This document shows, piece by piece, positions 41,141 through 50,060 of a stretch of 64,000 bases of DNA (position 1 is the stretch's first letter; every line of letters starts with the position of its first letter). Source of the DNA: Candidatus Latescibacterota bacterium (GTDB lineage Bacteria; Latescibacterota; UBA2968); assembly GCA_965222605.1 (NCBI GenBank), contig OZ244960.1, positions 2,656,001-2,720,000 of the forward strand, given 5' to 3'. The translations under genes were made by a program, and so were the position numbers. Under the pieces are notes generated by a model, which worked only from the letters and a program-made list of their open reading frames with translations, was not told where the DNA came from and searched no databases.

Positions 41141-41638
41141 GAAATATCATTCTTCGACGACGATAACATCGTGTCCGTCAGCCAGGACGTGTTGGACAAA
41201 ATCAAGTACGTGGACTTCAGCTTTTCTCTCGAAACCTATGACCTTTCTCCATTGCCGGAAGAGTTCTATTCGGAAGACAGTAGCATGAGTACTGGTCTTT
41301 TGGACGCATATATCCATTTGAATAACCCCGGCATTTTGTCTTCACCCGGCAAATGGGGCTGGGACACGCCCGGCAGTCCTGACTGGGGAAAATTTCTGTC
41401 GAAGTATAAATATCCTTTGAAAGAAGGTGAATACGAGTTGCCGGAAGACCATTACATGGACGCAAAGCATGCTCAGGAGGCATTTCGCCGCCTGCTCTGG
41501 CGTTACCACAACAAAGAGGAATTATTCGTTAGCAACTGGTTCGATATTCATCATATGCGCGTGAATCCGGGCGGCATCCTGGACCTGATCCGCAAACACA
41601 GTCCTGAAGCCTACGCCGAGATCATGGAAAAAGAATAA
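41132..41638 (+). CDS. Hypothetical protein or gene fragment, in frame with the sulfatase fragment
   Basis: 168 aa ORF with no recognised motif. Confidence 0.45.
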   Translation: METEISFFDDDNIVSVSQDVLDKIKYVDFSFSLETYDLSPLPEEFYSEDSSMSTGLLDAYIHLNNPGILSSPGKWGWDTPGSPDWGKFLSKYKYPLKEGEYELPEDHYMDAKHAQEAFRRLLWRYHNKEELFVSNWFDIHHMRVNPGGILDLIRKHSPEAYAEIMEKE

Positions 41639-41679
41639 AGTAAGTGAGAAGTAACGATCAGCATTCAGCAAAAAACCTT

Positions 41680-41712
41680 CTGGATCGCGGCTGAACACCA
41701 TGCCGCGATGAC
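41680..41712 (+). repeat. CTGGATCGCGGC-N10-GCCGCGATGAC palindrome
   Basis: Family copy. Confidence 0.85.
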
Positions 41713-41820
41713 AATTGGTACTCGTCACGCCTGCATGCTTGAAGCAGGCGTCCAGGATGGGTGGGATGCTAAAAATGATAGCTGCCCCTGACAACTTAAG
41801 ATACAAGAAGGAGAGACAAG

Positions 41821-42645
41821 ATGTATCGTCACTGTATTTGTATAGGAGCATTAATTTTTCTGAGCTTTCCCCTTTGGTCACAACAGAACACCGGGGATAG
41901 TGGGCCTTCACCTGGCGAGACTTTTCAAGATTGTGCTGAATGTCCAAAGATGGTGGTGGTGCCGTCGGGATCGTTCACGATGGGATCATCCAGGGGTGAG
42001 GCGAGTCATGATGATGATGAAGAACCGCTGCATAGGGTGCGTATAGATTACCGGTTTGCCGTAGGCGTATATGAGGTGACATTTGCCGAATGGTATGCCT
42101 GTCTGGATGCAGGTGGTTGTGGAAGCCGTATTCCGGATGATATGCGCTGGGGCCGCGGGAATCGTCCCGTGATGAATGTGAGTTGGGACGATGCGCAGTC
42201 TTATGTGCGTTGGTTGTCAGCACGGACGGGGCAATCATATCGTTTATTGAATGAATCGGAATGGGAGTATGTGGCGCGTGCAGGTACGGAGACAGCGTAT
42301 AGCTGGGGGGACAGCATAGGTGTCAACCGCGCCAATTGCAGGGGTTGCGGCAGTCAGTGGGACAGTACGCGGACGGCGCCTGTGGGATCGTTCGCAGCCA
42401 ATGCCTGGGGCGTTCACGATATGCACGGGAATGTGTGGGAGCTGGTACAGGACTGTTGGAAGTCCGGTTACGAGGGCGCACCTACAGACGGTTCTGCGTG
42501 GGAGTCTGAGGACTGCGACTATCGCGTGTTGCGTGGTGGTTCGTGTTACAAGTTGCCGGGGGACTTGCGTTCTGCGAATCGCGGTCCGGCTTCCACCGAT
42601 TCCCGGATCAGCCACTTCGGTTTTCGAGTTGCCCGGTCTTTTTAG
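41821..42645 (+). CDS. Secreted FGE-sulfatase/C-type-lectin-fold protein, DGR target type
   Basis: Signal peptide; DCAECPKMVVVPSGSFTMGS, PVMNVSWDDA, SEWEY, DMHGNVWE, RVLRGGS..RSANR..GFRVAR. Confidence 0.88.
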   Translation: MYRHCICIGALIFLSFPLWSQQNTGDSGPSPGETFQDCAECPKMVVVPSGSFTMGSSRGEASHDDDEEPLHRVRIDYRFAVGVYEVTFAEWYACLDAGGCGSRIPDDMRWGRGNRPVMNVSWDDAQSYVRWLSARTGQSYRLLNESEWEYVARAGTETAYSWGDSIGVNRANCRGCGSQWDSTRTAPVGSFAANAWGVHDMHGNVWELVQDCWKSGYEGAPTDGSAWESEDCDYRVLRGGSCYKLPGDLRSANRGPASTDSRISHFGFRVARSF

Positions 42646-42668
42646 CTCCTGATTCTTTACATCAGGAG
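42646..42668 (+). other. Hairpin immediately after the target gene (DGR retrohoming-type stem-loop); contains the avd RBS
   Basis: CTCCTGAT-TCTTTAC-ATCAGGAG. Confidence 0.6.
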
Positions 42669-42676
42669 TCTATCTT

Positions 42677-42823
42677 TTGAATGATCTATCAAGAGTCAGC
42701 GCACGTCAAACTGGACCGACATTGAAGTCACATTACCAGTTTATCCTGTGGCTGGTGCCCACGCTGGAGCGATTTCCTCGCAATCAGAAGTTTCTTCTGG
42801 GCGACCGCATTCAAAGTACTGCC
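42677..42823 (+). pseudogene. avd: Truncated DGR accessory variability determinant (Avd)
   Basis: TGPTLKSHYQFILWLVPTLERFPRNQKFLLGDRIQSTA resembles the Avd N-terminus; similarity ends abruptly. Confidence 0.78.
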
Positions 42824-42966
42824 CCGAAAAATGAGAGACTCGGGTGTACAGTTAATCTTCTAATAGATTTATTTTTACCGATTTTGTCAACCAGTTGTGC
42901 AGGCGTCCACGTTGCACAACCTCAATTTCAAATTTCAAATTTCCACGCTACAAAAAGGAGAAAACC

Positions 42967-43512
42967 ATGTGTAAACGAATCAGGGCTTTTGGTATTATCG
43001 CCTTGGCACTGTTGATTGCCATACTGTCCCCTGTTTATGGGAATGGGATAGCTAATCCGCCGAAGAATCAAGCACCTGTAGCGTTGGGCAAGATTGATCC
43101 CGTGACGATAGGTGTTGGTCCCGTGACTGTGGATGTATCGGGCAAATTCAGTGATGTGGATGGAGACACCTTGTATTTTACAGCGGCGGTGAGTGATACA
43201 GCCATTGCAACGGTGAGCGTGGATGGTAGTAAGGTGATCATCAAACCTGGGGCGAAGGCGGGCAATACGACGGTGACGGTGACAGCGACCAATCTATGGG
43301 GGTTGCGAGCGACGCAGAACATTGGCGTGGTACGTGAGGAGAACACAGTCCTGGAAAACATAGCCTGTTATGTGTTGGCACCGATTGGATTAGTAGGGAT
43401 CTCTTTACCTATCTTCTTAAATTTTAGTGTCAATATAAGTCCAAACTTTAATATTAATATTGGTCCAAAATTCAAGATTCGAAAAAATTACATGAACAAG
43501 CCGCGATCCTGA
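42967..43512 (+). CDS. Secreted or membrane-anchored protein with one cadherin-like/Ig-like domain
   Basis: GGAG RBS, signal peptide, NQAPVA..FSDVDGDTL..ATVSVDGS..TVTVTAT. Confidence 0.75.
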   Translation: MCKRIRAFGIIALALLIAILSPVYGNGIANPPKNQAPVALGKIDPVTIGVGPVTVDVSGKFSDVDGDTLYFTAAVSDTAIATVSVDGSKVIIKPGAKAGNTTVTVTATNLWGLRATQNIGVVREENTVLENIACYVLAPIGLVGISLPIFLNFSVNISPNFNINIGPKFKIRKNYMNKPRS

Positions 43513-43525
43513 ACCGGAAATCGCA

Positions 43526-44422
43526 TCATTCATCTAACAGATGCTGAAATGCTTCAAGACTGACCACCTGGACCGCCGCGCGGTGCAACTGCTTGAGGCG
43601 TTGCAAATCGTCGATGGCCGCGATGCGAGCAGATAGGGGATCTGTCTCGCGGAGATCAAATCGAATTTTCAACACGTCGAGGATACTTTCCCTGAGTCCT
43701 TGTTCAATGCCTTCCTCTCTGCCTTCCTCTCTGCTTTGTTGGGTAAAGCGTTGGATAAGGGATGATTCGCGGATGAGATCCATGATGCCCTCCTTGAATA
43801 TGATATCAGAAATGGTTTCGGACTCATATACCAACTCACTCAATGCCACCATGCCAGCGAGATAATCGGCCCTGGACGACCGAGCGATGGGGCGCGTCCG
43901 AGCCGTGTGAATACACTGATGTAACCACGCATCTGAGGTCATCTCTTCAGGTGGCTTCATCAACGGCGTGAAAGGAATCAGACCCGAATGCCCCGCATCG
44001 AGGACGCGCTGACCTTCTATCTCAATCAGTCTGATCACCTTGTACTGAATCGCGATGTGGTAGCCGCGCCGCTCCTGGACATAGTGCCCCGGATCGCGCC
44101 GCCCAGCATCGGGACGCAGGTAGATCACGTTGGAATATATCGGCAGGCCATGATGCTCAATGGCACGTCCGATATAGCCGACCATGCGGCGCGGCATAGG
44201 CGGATTGGTGCTATCAGTCGTTTGAAACTCGTTGTGAACTAATGCTTCCTCGCCATCGATGCTCACGCGAATCAGGCTATCGGTTCGGTGTGCTTCAACA
44301 GTGAGTTGCTCTGTGTCAATGACTGCAAGAACTTCAACGTCCTCGCGTCCGAGGGTGAAGTTAGCGAAGTCGTCGGGATAAGTTTGAATCAGGTGTTTTG
44401 AAATCGTATCAAATTCTGCCAT
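43526..44422 (-). CDS. Rpn/YadD-like (PD-(D/E)XK) protein
   Basis: FDTISKHL, TDSLI..HNEFQT..MPRRM, VIYLRP, EEGREEGIEQG, DDLQRLKQL. Confidence 0.8.
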   Translation of the reverse strand: MAEFDTISKHLIQTYPDDFANFTLGREDVEVLAVIDTEQLTVEAHRTDSLIRVSIDGEEALVHNEFQTTDSTNPPMPRRMVGYIGRAIEHHGLPIYSNVIYLRPDAGRRDPGHYVQERRGYHIAIQYKVIRLIEIEGQRVLDAGHSGLIPFTPLMKPPEEMTSDAWLHQCIHTARTRPIARSSRADYLAGMVALSELVYESETISDIIFKEGIMDLIRESSLIQRFTQQSREEGREEGIEQGLRESILDVLKIRFDLRETDPLSARIAAIDDLQRLKQLHRAAVQVVSLEAFQHLLDE

Positions 44423-44760
44423 GTGAGATGCCCTGGTCTGAAGGTTGGTCGTATTTTGGACAAACGCAACAGTCAGAACCCAAGCAAATATCAAGCCAAA
44501 AATGTAAATATCACAAAATTGCGCGATAAAAGAGGCTCGACAGAAACGCAGGCACCTCATTATGCCTTCAATATGCAGTATCGCACCGTTGTTCACAACT
44601 TGAATTTGTGGATTGCCTGTTGAAGCGGAGATAGAGGAGCACAAGTGTTGGCGGTAAAAGTGTACATTTTGAGCGATAAATGAGCGGTATGGTGAAAGAA
44701 TTATCCCTTACTTCAGGGAGAAAATTGCCAGGGCGCGATTGAGATGACAGGCAAAAATCA

Positions 44761-44829
44761 CTGGATCGCGGCTTAAACCCTGCCGCGATGACGGGAGCTG
44801 AGGACTGCTCAATACCCTGCCGCGATGAC
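44761..44829 (+). repeat. CTGGATCGCGGC palindrome plus an extra half copy
   Basis: 44761-44792 and 44815-44829. Confidence 0.85.
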
Positions 44830-44855
44830 GGCGATGTTGATGCAGAGCCAAAACA

Positions 44856-44902
44856 AAAGGCCGTAAGTGTTGCTCAGTTGCAACAGAAACTTACGACCTT
44901 TG
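44856..44902 (-). terminator. Hairpin downstream of tRNA-Gln
   Basis: aaaggccgtaagt...acttacgaccttt imperfect inverted repeat. Confidence 0.5.
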
Positions 44903-44935
44903 AAGATAGATCACAGTTCAGCGAGAAGAGACAGT

Positions 44936-45009
44936 TGGTTGCCCCCCAGGGATTCGAACCCCGATTCTACGGTCCAGAGCCGCATGTCTTGCCATTAGAC
45001 CAGGGGGCA
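44936..45009 (-). tRNA. tRNA-Gln(CTG)
   Basis: Cloverleaf TGCCCCC..CT-CTG-GA..TTCGAAT..GGGGGCA-A-CCA. Confidence 0.95.
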
Positions 45010-45044
45010 ACAATGTAATCAGCGTTTCGGGATGACACGCACCA

Positions 45045-46466
45045 TCACGACCCCAAAACCTCCAGCGCCTTTTTCAGCCGGCGAACACAGGTTTCCCTTC
45101 CAAGCACAGCCATCAACTCAAACAACCCTGGCCCAAACCCAACGCCGCAAAGCGCGAGACGCGTAGGATGAATAAGCCTGGAAGCCGATATGCCCAATTC
45201 ACCAGCCAGCGTGCGCGTCACACCTTCGATATCGCCTTCGCCAAACGAATCCAAATCCTGCAAACGCTCAATCATCATATCAACGCGCTCGGGCGTATCC
45301 GTCTTCCAATTCTTCTTTGCCGTCTTTGCATCATACACTTCCGGGTCCACAAAAAAATAACTCGTATGCTTCAAATCCTCGAGCGTATGCAATCGCGGCT
45401 GCAACAACTCGGCAATCTTCATCAACTCATCCCGCCGCTCAGACGCCTCTGCCTCCGTAAGCCACCCCTCCGCAATCCAAATCGGTATCGCATCGTCCAA
45501 AACCGCACCCACCGGACGAAGACGCATCTGCTCGCCATTGAGCCAGACCAGCTTCTTCTCGTCGAAAATCGCGTCCCGCTTGAGCAACCCCTCAACCGAA
45601 AACACCTCCGCCAACTCACCGCGCGCAAACACCTCGCGCTCATCCCCGGGTGCCCATCCCAACAACGCGAGATAATTAAACATCGCATCCGACAAAAAAC
45701 CCCGCTCCCGATACTCCGAAATCGTCGTCGCACCATGGCGCTTTGACAACTTGCTACCATCAGGACCCAAAATCAGCGTCGAATGCCCATACTCGGGCAC
45801 CATCCATGAAAGCGCCTCAAACAGCATAATTTGTTTGGGCGTATTCGACAAATGGTCCGCAGACCGCAACACCAGATTCACACCCATATTGTGATCATCA
45901 ACCACCACCGCAAGATTGTAAACAGGAGAACCGTCGGGCCGCAACAAAACAAAATCTTCAACCTCGGCATTATCCCACCGCTGCACCCCCCGAATGCGAT
46001 CATGCCAGACCGTCTCACCCGCAGGCACCTTAAACCGCACAACCCTGGGCCGCCCCTCGGCTTCATAAGCCGCCTGCCGTTCGGGCGTCAAATCCCGATT
46101 GTAGCGCACGCGCCGCTTCTCAATCTGAGCCTGCCTGCGCATCGCATCGAGCTCTTCAGCAGTCTCATACCCATAATACGCATGCCCAGTTTCCACCAAA
46201 CGCGCCGCTGCTTGCTTATGCGCCTCGGCATTATCCGACTGAAACACTGGCTCGGCGTCAAAATCAACACCGAGCCAGTTCAAACCATCCAGAATCGTTT
46301 GAAGAGACGACTCTGTAAAACGCTCTCGATCCGTATCTTCAACGCGCAACAACAACCTTGCTTTATAGTGCTTCGCGTAAAGATGATTAAAAATCGCCGT
46401 TCGCGCATTCCCCACATGAAACCCACCAGTGGGAGACGGCGCAAATCGCAAAACCGTATCAGACAT
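45045..46466 (-). CDS. gltX: Glutamate--tRNA ligase
   Basis: RFAPSPTG, HVGN, RVEDTD, VVDD, KLSKRHG. Confidence 0.96.
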   Translation of the reverse strand: MSDTVLRFAPSPTGGFHVGNARTAIFNHLYAKHYKARLLLRVEDTDRERFTESSLQTILDGLNWLGVDFDAEPVFQSDNAEAHKQAAARLVETGHAYYGYETAEELDAMRRQAQIEKRRVRYNRDLTPERQAAYEAEGRPRVVRFKVPAGETVWHDRIRGVQRWDNAEVEDFVLLRPDGSPVYNLAVVVDDHNMGVNLVLRSADHLSNTPKQIMLFEALSWMVPEYGHSTLILGPDGSKLSKRHGATTISEYRERGFLSDAMFNYLALLGWAPGDEREVFARGELAEVFSVEGLLKRDAIFDEKKLVWLNGEQMRLRPVGAVLDDAIPIWIAEGWLTEAEASERRDELMKIAELLQPRLHTLEDLKHTSYFFVDPEVYDAKTAKKNWKTDTPERVDMMIERLQDLDSFGEGDIEGVTRTLAGELGISASRLIHPTRLALCGVGFGPGLFELMAVLGRETCVRRLKKALEVLGS

Positions 46467-46499
46467 CAAAAATCAACCTATCAATTAACCGCGAATATT

Positions 46500-46591
<92 letters not shown>

Positions 46592-46648
46592 GCAATCAAA
46601 AACAGACCAGCAGAAAGTAACAAAGGACCTGTATAAATGCAAGATAAA

Positions 46649-46736
46649 TGGCGGTGGGGGTGGGATTCGAACCCACGGACCCGTGAAGGTCAACGGTTTT
46701 CAAGACCGCCCGATTCGACCGCTCTCGCACCCCACC
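46649..46736 (-). tRNA. tRNA-Ser(TGA)
   Basis: GGTGGGG acceptor, CT-TGA-AA loop, long variable arm, GCCA end. Confidence 0.95.
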
Positions 46737-46968
46737 GCATCATCCGAAAAGTATAGACAAGCGCACCATCTCTGTCAAGCGGTTTGTATCAACTCAGCTT
46801 AACCACACTTAAACTTTGTTTTTCTTCTATTTAGCAAACAAATACCCAATAAATACATCCACCAAAAAAGAATTTGCTTTGCCCGTGCCCTTCCTGTATT
46901 TTTAGGCACAAACCTGTAACATGACCCAGAGAAACTCATACCGCACACTTGACCTCGCACCCTCCCCT

Positions 46969-48558
46969 ATGATCGCGCTAATCACCGGCTCCCAGATGGC
47001 ATCCATTGACCGTCGGGCAATTAATAGTGGTATGCCGGGCATTAAACTCATGGAAGCCGCCGGACAAGGCATAACCCGGGTAGTAGAAAACCTCCTGGGC
47101 GAACTCCAAAACCGGCACATCGTCATCCTGTGTGGCAAAGGCAACAATGGCGGCGACGGATTTGTCGTTGCCAGGCAAGCTGCCCAATGCGGCGCCAGAG
47201 TCCAGGTATTCACAGCCACATCCGCAAATGAAATAACAGGCGATGCCAAAACCAACTTCAACCGACTGCCCCCAGACATTGTGCAGTCGGTTGACCGTAT
47301 CGCAACAGTACAAAACGCGCTAACCAATGCCGACATCGCCATTGACGCGCTCCTGGGCACGGGCATTCGAGGTCCCGCCCGCGGCATCTACGCCGACCTC
47401 ATAAACGCCCTCGCCCGCGCAAAATGCCCCATTGTCGCCGTAGATATACCCTCTGGACTCAACGCCGACACGGGCAAAATCGAAGGACCCTGTGCAACCG
47501 CAACATGCACAGTCACATTTGCACAGCCTCGCATTGGACACTTTTTTTACCCCGGTCGCGCCCAATGCGGCAAATTGCACCTCATCGACATCGGGATACC
47601 CCCTGCGGCAATTGAGCGCGAACGCATCAGCACGTACCTGATCGACAACCGCCGCTGCGCGCGCCTGCTTCCCCACCGGGAACCCGACGCCCACAAAGGG
47701 GATTGCGGCAGAGTATATATCCTCGCCGGATCCGTGGGACTCACAGGCGCGGCCGCACTCTCTGCAAACGCGGCAATAAGAGGAGGCGCGGGCCTCGTCA
47801 CACTCGGCGTACCCAAAAGCCTCAACGACATACTCGAAACCAAAGTCACCGAAGCAATGACCCACCCGCTTCCCGAAGTAAAACAAGTCAGATGCCTGTC
47901 CCTGCGCGCTCGGGGCGATATTCAACGCGCATGTCGCACAGCCGACAGCATAGCCATTGGGCCAGGCCTGGGTACCCATCGTGAAACCGTCGAACTCATC
48001 CGCCGCCTCGTGCGCGACCTGAGCTGTCCCGCAGTCATCGACGCCGACGCACTCAACGCACTCGCCGGCGACCTCGATGCGATTCGCGCCTGCGAAACAC
48101 CCCTGGTACTCACCCCGCATATCGGGGAATTTGCGCGCCTGACCGACACCGCCGAAATACAGCGCGACCCCATTGCACTGGCACTGGAATTTGCCTCCGA
48201 TGTCGATGCCACCATAGTCCTGAAAGGCGCGCCAACCATTGTCGCAACACCAGAAGGCGAGGCCCACATCAACCCAACCGGCAACCCGGGAATGGCCACC
48301 GGCGGCACAGGAGATGTACTCACGGGCCTATTGGCCGCACTCATCGGTCAAGGACTCAACACTTCAGACGCTGCATGCACAGCCGTCTATCTTCACGGCC
48401 TCGCCGCCGATATCGCAGCCCAAAAAACCGGACACATAAGTCTGATAGCCAGCGACATCATCGAAAATTTTGCCGCCGCCATTCACCAGATTCTCAACGA
48501 TGACACACGGGACGGCACAGGGACCGTCCCCTACAATCGAATACGATCATTGCAGTAG
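46969..48558 (+). CDS. nnr: Bifunctional NAD(P)H-hydrate epimerase/dehydratase
   Basis: GKGNNGGDG, DALLGTG, VDIPSG, GPGLG, DADALN, TPHIGE, GGTGDVL. Confidence 0.95.
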   Translation: MIALITGSQMASIDRRAINSGMPGIKLMEAAGQGITRVVENLLGELQNRHIVILCGKGNNGGDGFVVARQAAQCGARVQVFTATSANEITGDAKTNFNRLPPDIVQSVDRIATVQNALTNADIAIDALLGTGIRGPARGIYADLINALARAKCPIVAVDIPSGLNADTGKIEGPCATATCTVTFAQPRIGHFFYPGRAQCGKLHLIDIGIPPAAIERERISTYLIDNRRCARLLPHREPDAHKGDCGRVYILAGSVGLTGAAALSANAAIRGGAGLVTLGVPKSLNDILETKVTEAMTHPLPEVKQVRCLSLRARGDIQRACRTADSIAIGPGLGTHRETVELIRRLVRDLSCPAVIDADALNALAGDLDAIRACETPLVLTPHIGEFARLTDTAEIQRDPIALALEFASDVDATIVLKGAPTIVATPEGEAHINPTGNPGMATGGTGDVLTGLLAALIGQGLNTSDAACTAVYLHGLAADIAAQKTGHISLIASDIIENFAAAIHQILNDDTRDGTGTVPYNRIRSLQ

Positions 48559-48581
48559 GGGCGGTGCCCCTGTGCCCGCCC
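48507..48581. repeat. Inverted pair of GTAG REP elements (REPIN-like) overlapping the nnr 3' end
   Basis: acgggacggcacagggaccgtcccctaca ... gtaggggcggtgcccctgtgcccgccc. Confidence 0.85.
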
Positions 48582-48609
48582 GCTGACCGCTAACCGCTGA
48601 AAGCTCTTC

Positions 48610-50058
48610 ATGCCCAAACGAAACGACCTGAAAAAAATAATGCTCATCGGCTCTGGTCCCATCGTCATCGGACAAGCCTGTGAATTTGACTACTCGGGCA
48701 CACAAGCCTGCAAAGCCCTCAAAGAAGAGGGATACGAAGTCGTGCTGGTCAACAGCAATCCCGCCACCATCATGACCGACCCCGAAATGGCTGACCAGAC
48801 ATACCTCGAACCCGTCACACCCGAAGTATGCGCAGCCATCATCGAAAAAGAACGCCCAGATGCCCTCCTCCCAACACTCGGCGGACAAACGGGCCTCAAC
48901 ACAGCCATGGCCCTGCACGAACAGGGAACACTCGAAAAATTCGATGTCGAAATGATCGGCGCAAAACCACACGCCATTGAAAAAGCGGAAAACCGCGAAG
49001 CCTTTCAAAAAGCCATGGGCAAAATCGGCCTCGACTTCCCCAAAGGCCGATTCGCCTACACCCTCAAAGAAGCACTCGCCATCACTGCTGAAATCGGATT
49101 CCCAGCCATCATCCGCCCATCCTACACCCTGGGCGGCACAGGCGCTGGCACCGCGTACAACATCGAAGAATTTAGACACGCTGCTGCACACGGCCTCAGC
49201 CTATCGCCCACATCTGAGATCCTCGTAGAAGAATCCATCATCGGCTGGAAAGAATTCGAACTCGAAGTCATGCGCGACCAAAACGACAACGTCGTCATCA
49301 TCTGCGCCATAGAAAACTTCGACCCAATGGGCGTTCACACGGGCGACTCTATCACCGTGGCACCAGCGCAAACGCTCACCGACAAAGAGTACCAGGAAAT
49401 GCGCGATGATGCCATCGCCTGCATCCGCGAAATCGGCGTGGAAACCGGCGGCTCCAATATCCAGTTTGCAGTAGATCCCAACACGGGCCGGCGCGTCGTC
49501 ATAGAAATGAACCCCCGCGTATCCCGCAGTTCTGCACTCGCCTCCAAAGCCACGGGCTTTCCCATTGCCAAAATAGCCGCCAAGCTCGCCATTGGATACA
49601 CCCTGGACGAAATACAAAACGACATCACGCGCGAAACACCCGCCTCATTTGAACCCACCATCGACTATTGCGTCATCAAAATCCCGCGCTGGACATTTGA
49701 AAAATTTCCCCAAACCGCTGACATCCTGGGCACACAAATGAAATCAGTAGGTGAAACCATGGCCATAGGTCGCACGTTTAAAGAAGCACTGCAAAAAGGC
49801 TTGCGCTCTCTCGAAATCGGGCGCGCGGGTTTTGGCGCCGATGGCAAAGACATCCCCCCCAACACCCTCACCCGCGAAGCCCTCGAACGCGGCCTGCGCG
49901 AACCCAATTCGCAACGACTAACCTATCTCAAAACTGCTTATGACGCGGGATTGTCTGTACAGGAAATTTTTGACGCCACCAAAATTGACCCCTGGTTCCT
50001 CCACAACATGCGACAACTCGTCGAAATCGAAAAAGAACTCGCCGCCCTAATGGACTAA
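48610..50058 (+). CDS. carB: Carbamoyl-phosphate synthase large subunit, N-terminal part
   Basis: [54 protein letters not shown]. Confidence 0.93.
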   Translation: MPKRNDLKKIMLIGSGPIVIGQACEFDYSGTQACKALKEEGYEVVLVNSNPATIMTDPEMADQTYLEPVTPEVCAAIIEKERPDALLPTLGGQTGLNTAMALHEQGTLEKFDVEMIGAKPHAIEKAENREAFQKAMGKIGLDFPKGRFAYTLKEALAITAEIGFPAIIRPSYTLGGTGAGTAYNIEEFRHAAAHGLSLSPTSEILVEESIIGWKEFELEVMRDQNDNVVIICAIENFDPMGVHTGDSITVAPAQTLTDKEYQEMRDDAIACIREIGVETGGSNIQFAVDPNTGRRVVIEMNPRVSRSSALASKATGFPIAKIAAKLAIGYTLDEIQNDITRETPASFEPTIDYCVIKIPRWTFEKFPQTADILGTQMKSVGETMAIGRTFKEALQKGLRSLEIGRAGFGADGKDIPPNTLTREALERGLREPNSQRLTYLKTAYDAGLSVQEIFDATKIDPWFLHNMRQLVEIEKELAALMD

Positions 50059-50060
50059 CC

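Noticed and set aside
41821-42645. True formylglycine-generating enzyme serving the adjacent sulfatase motif
   Set aside because: It lacks the catalytic Cys-rich RGGSxxCxxxxC segment; its C-terminus and the avd neighbour fit a DGR target.
42824-43015. Continuation of the Avd ORF to 112 aa
   Set aside because: After QSTA the sequence is intergenic-like and overlaps the next gene's start; it is read-through, not Avd.
42646-44700. DGR template repeat or RT downstream of avd
   Set aside because: No AAC-rich copy of the variable region and no RT motifs seen by eye.
39409-44936. tRNA-Gln-integrated element with att duplication
   Set aside because: No integrase and no repeat of the tRNA 3' end found near serS; treated as an accretion of fragments.
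46649-46736. Selenocysteine tRNA
   Set aside because: The anticodon is TGA (Ser), not TCA, and the acceptor stem is a normal 7 bp.
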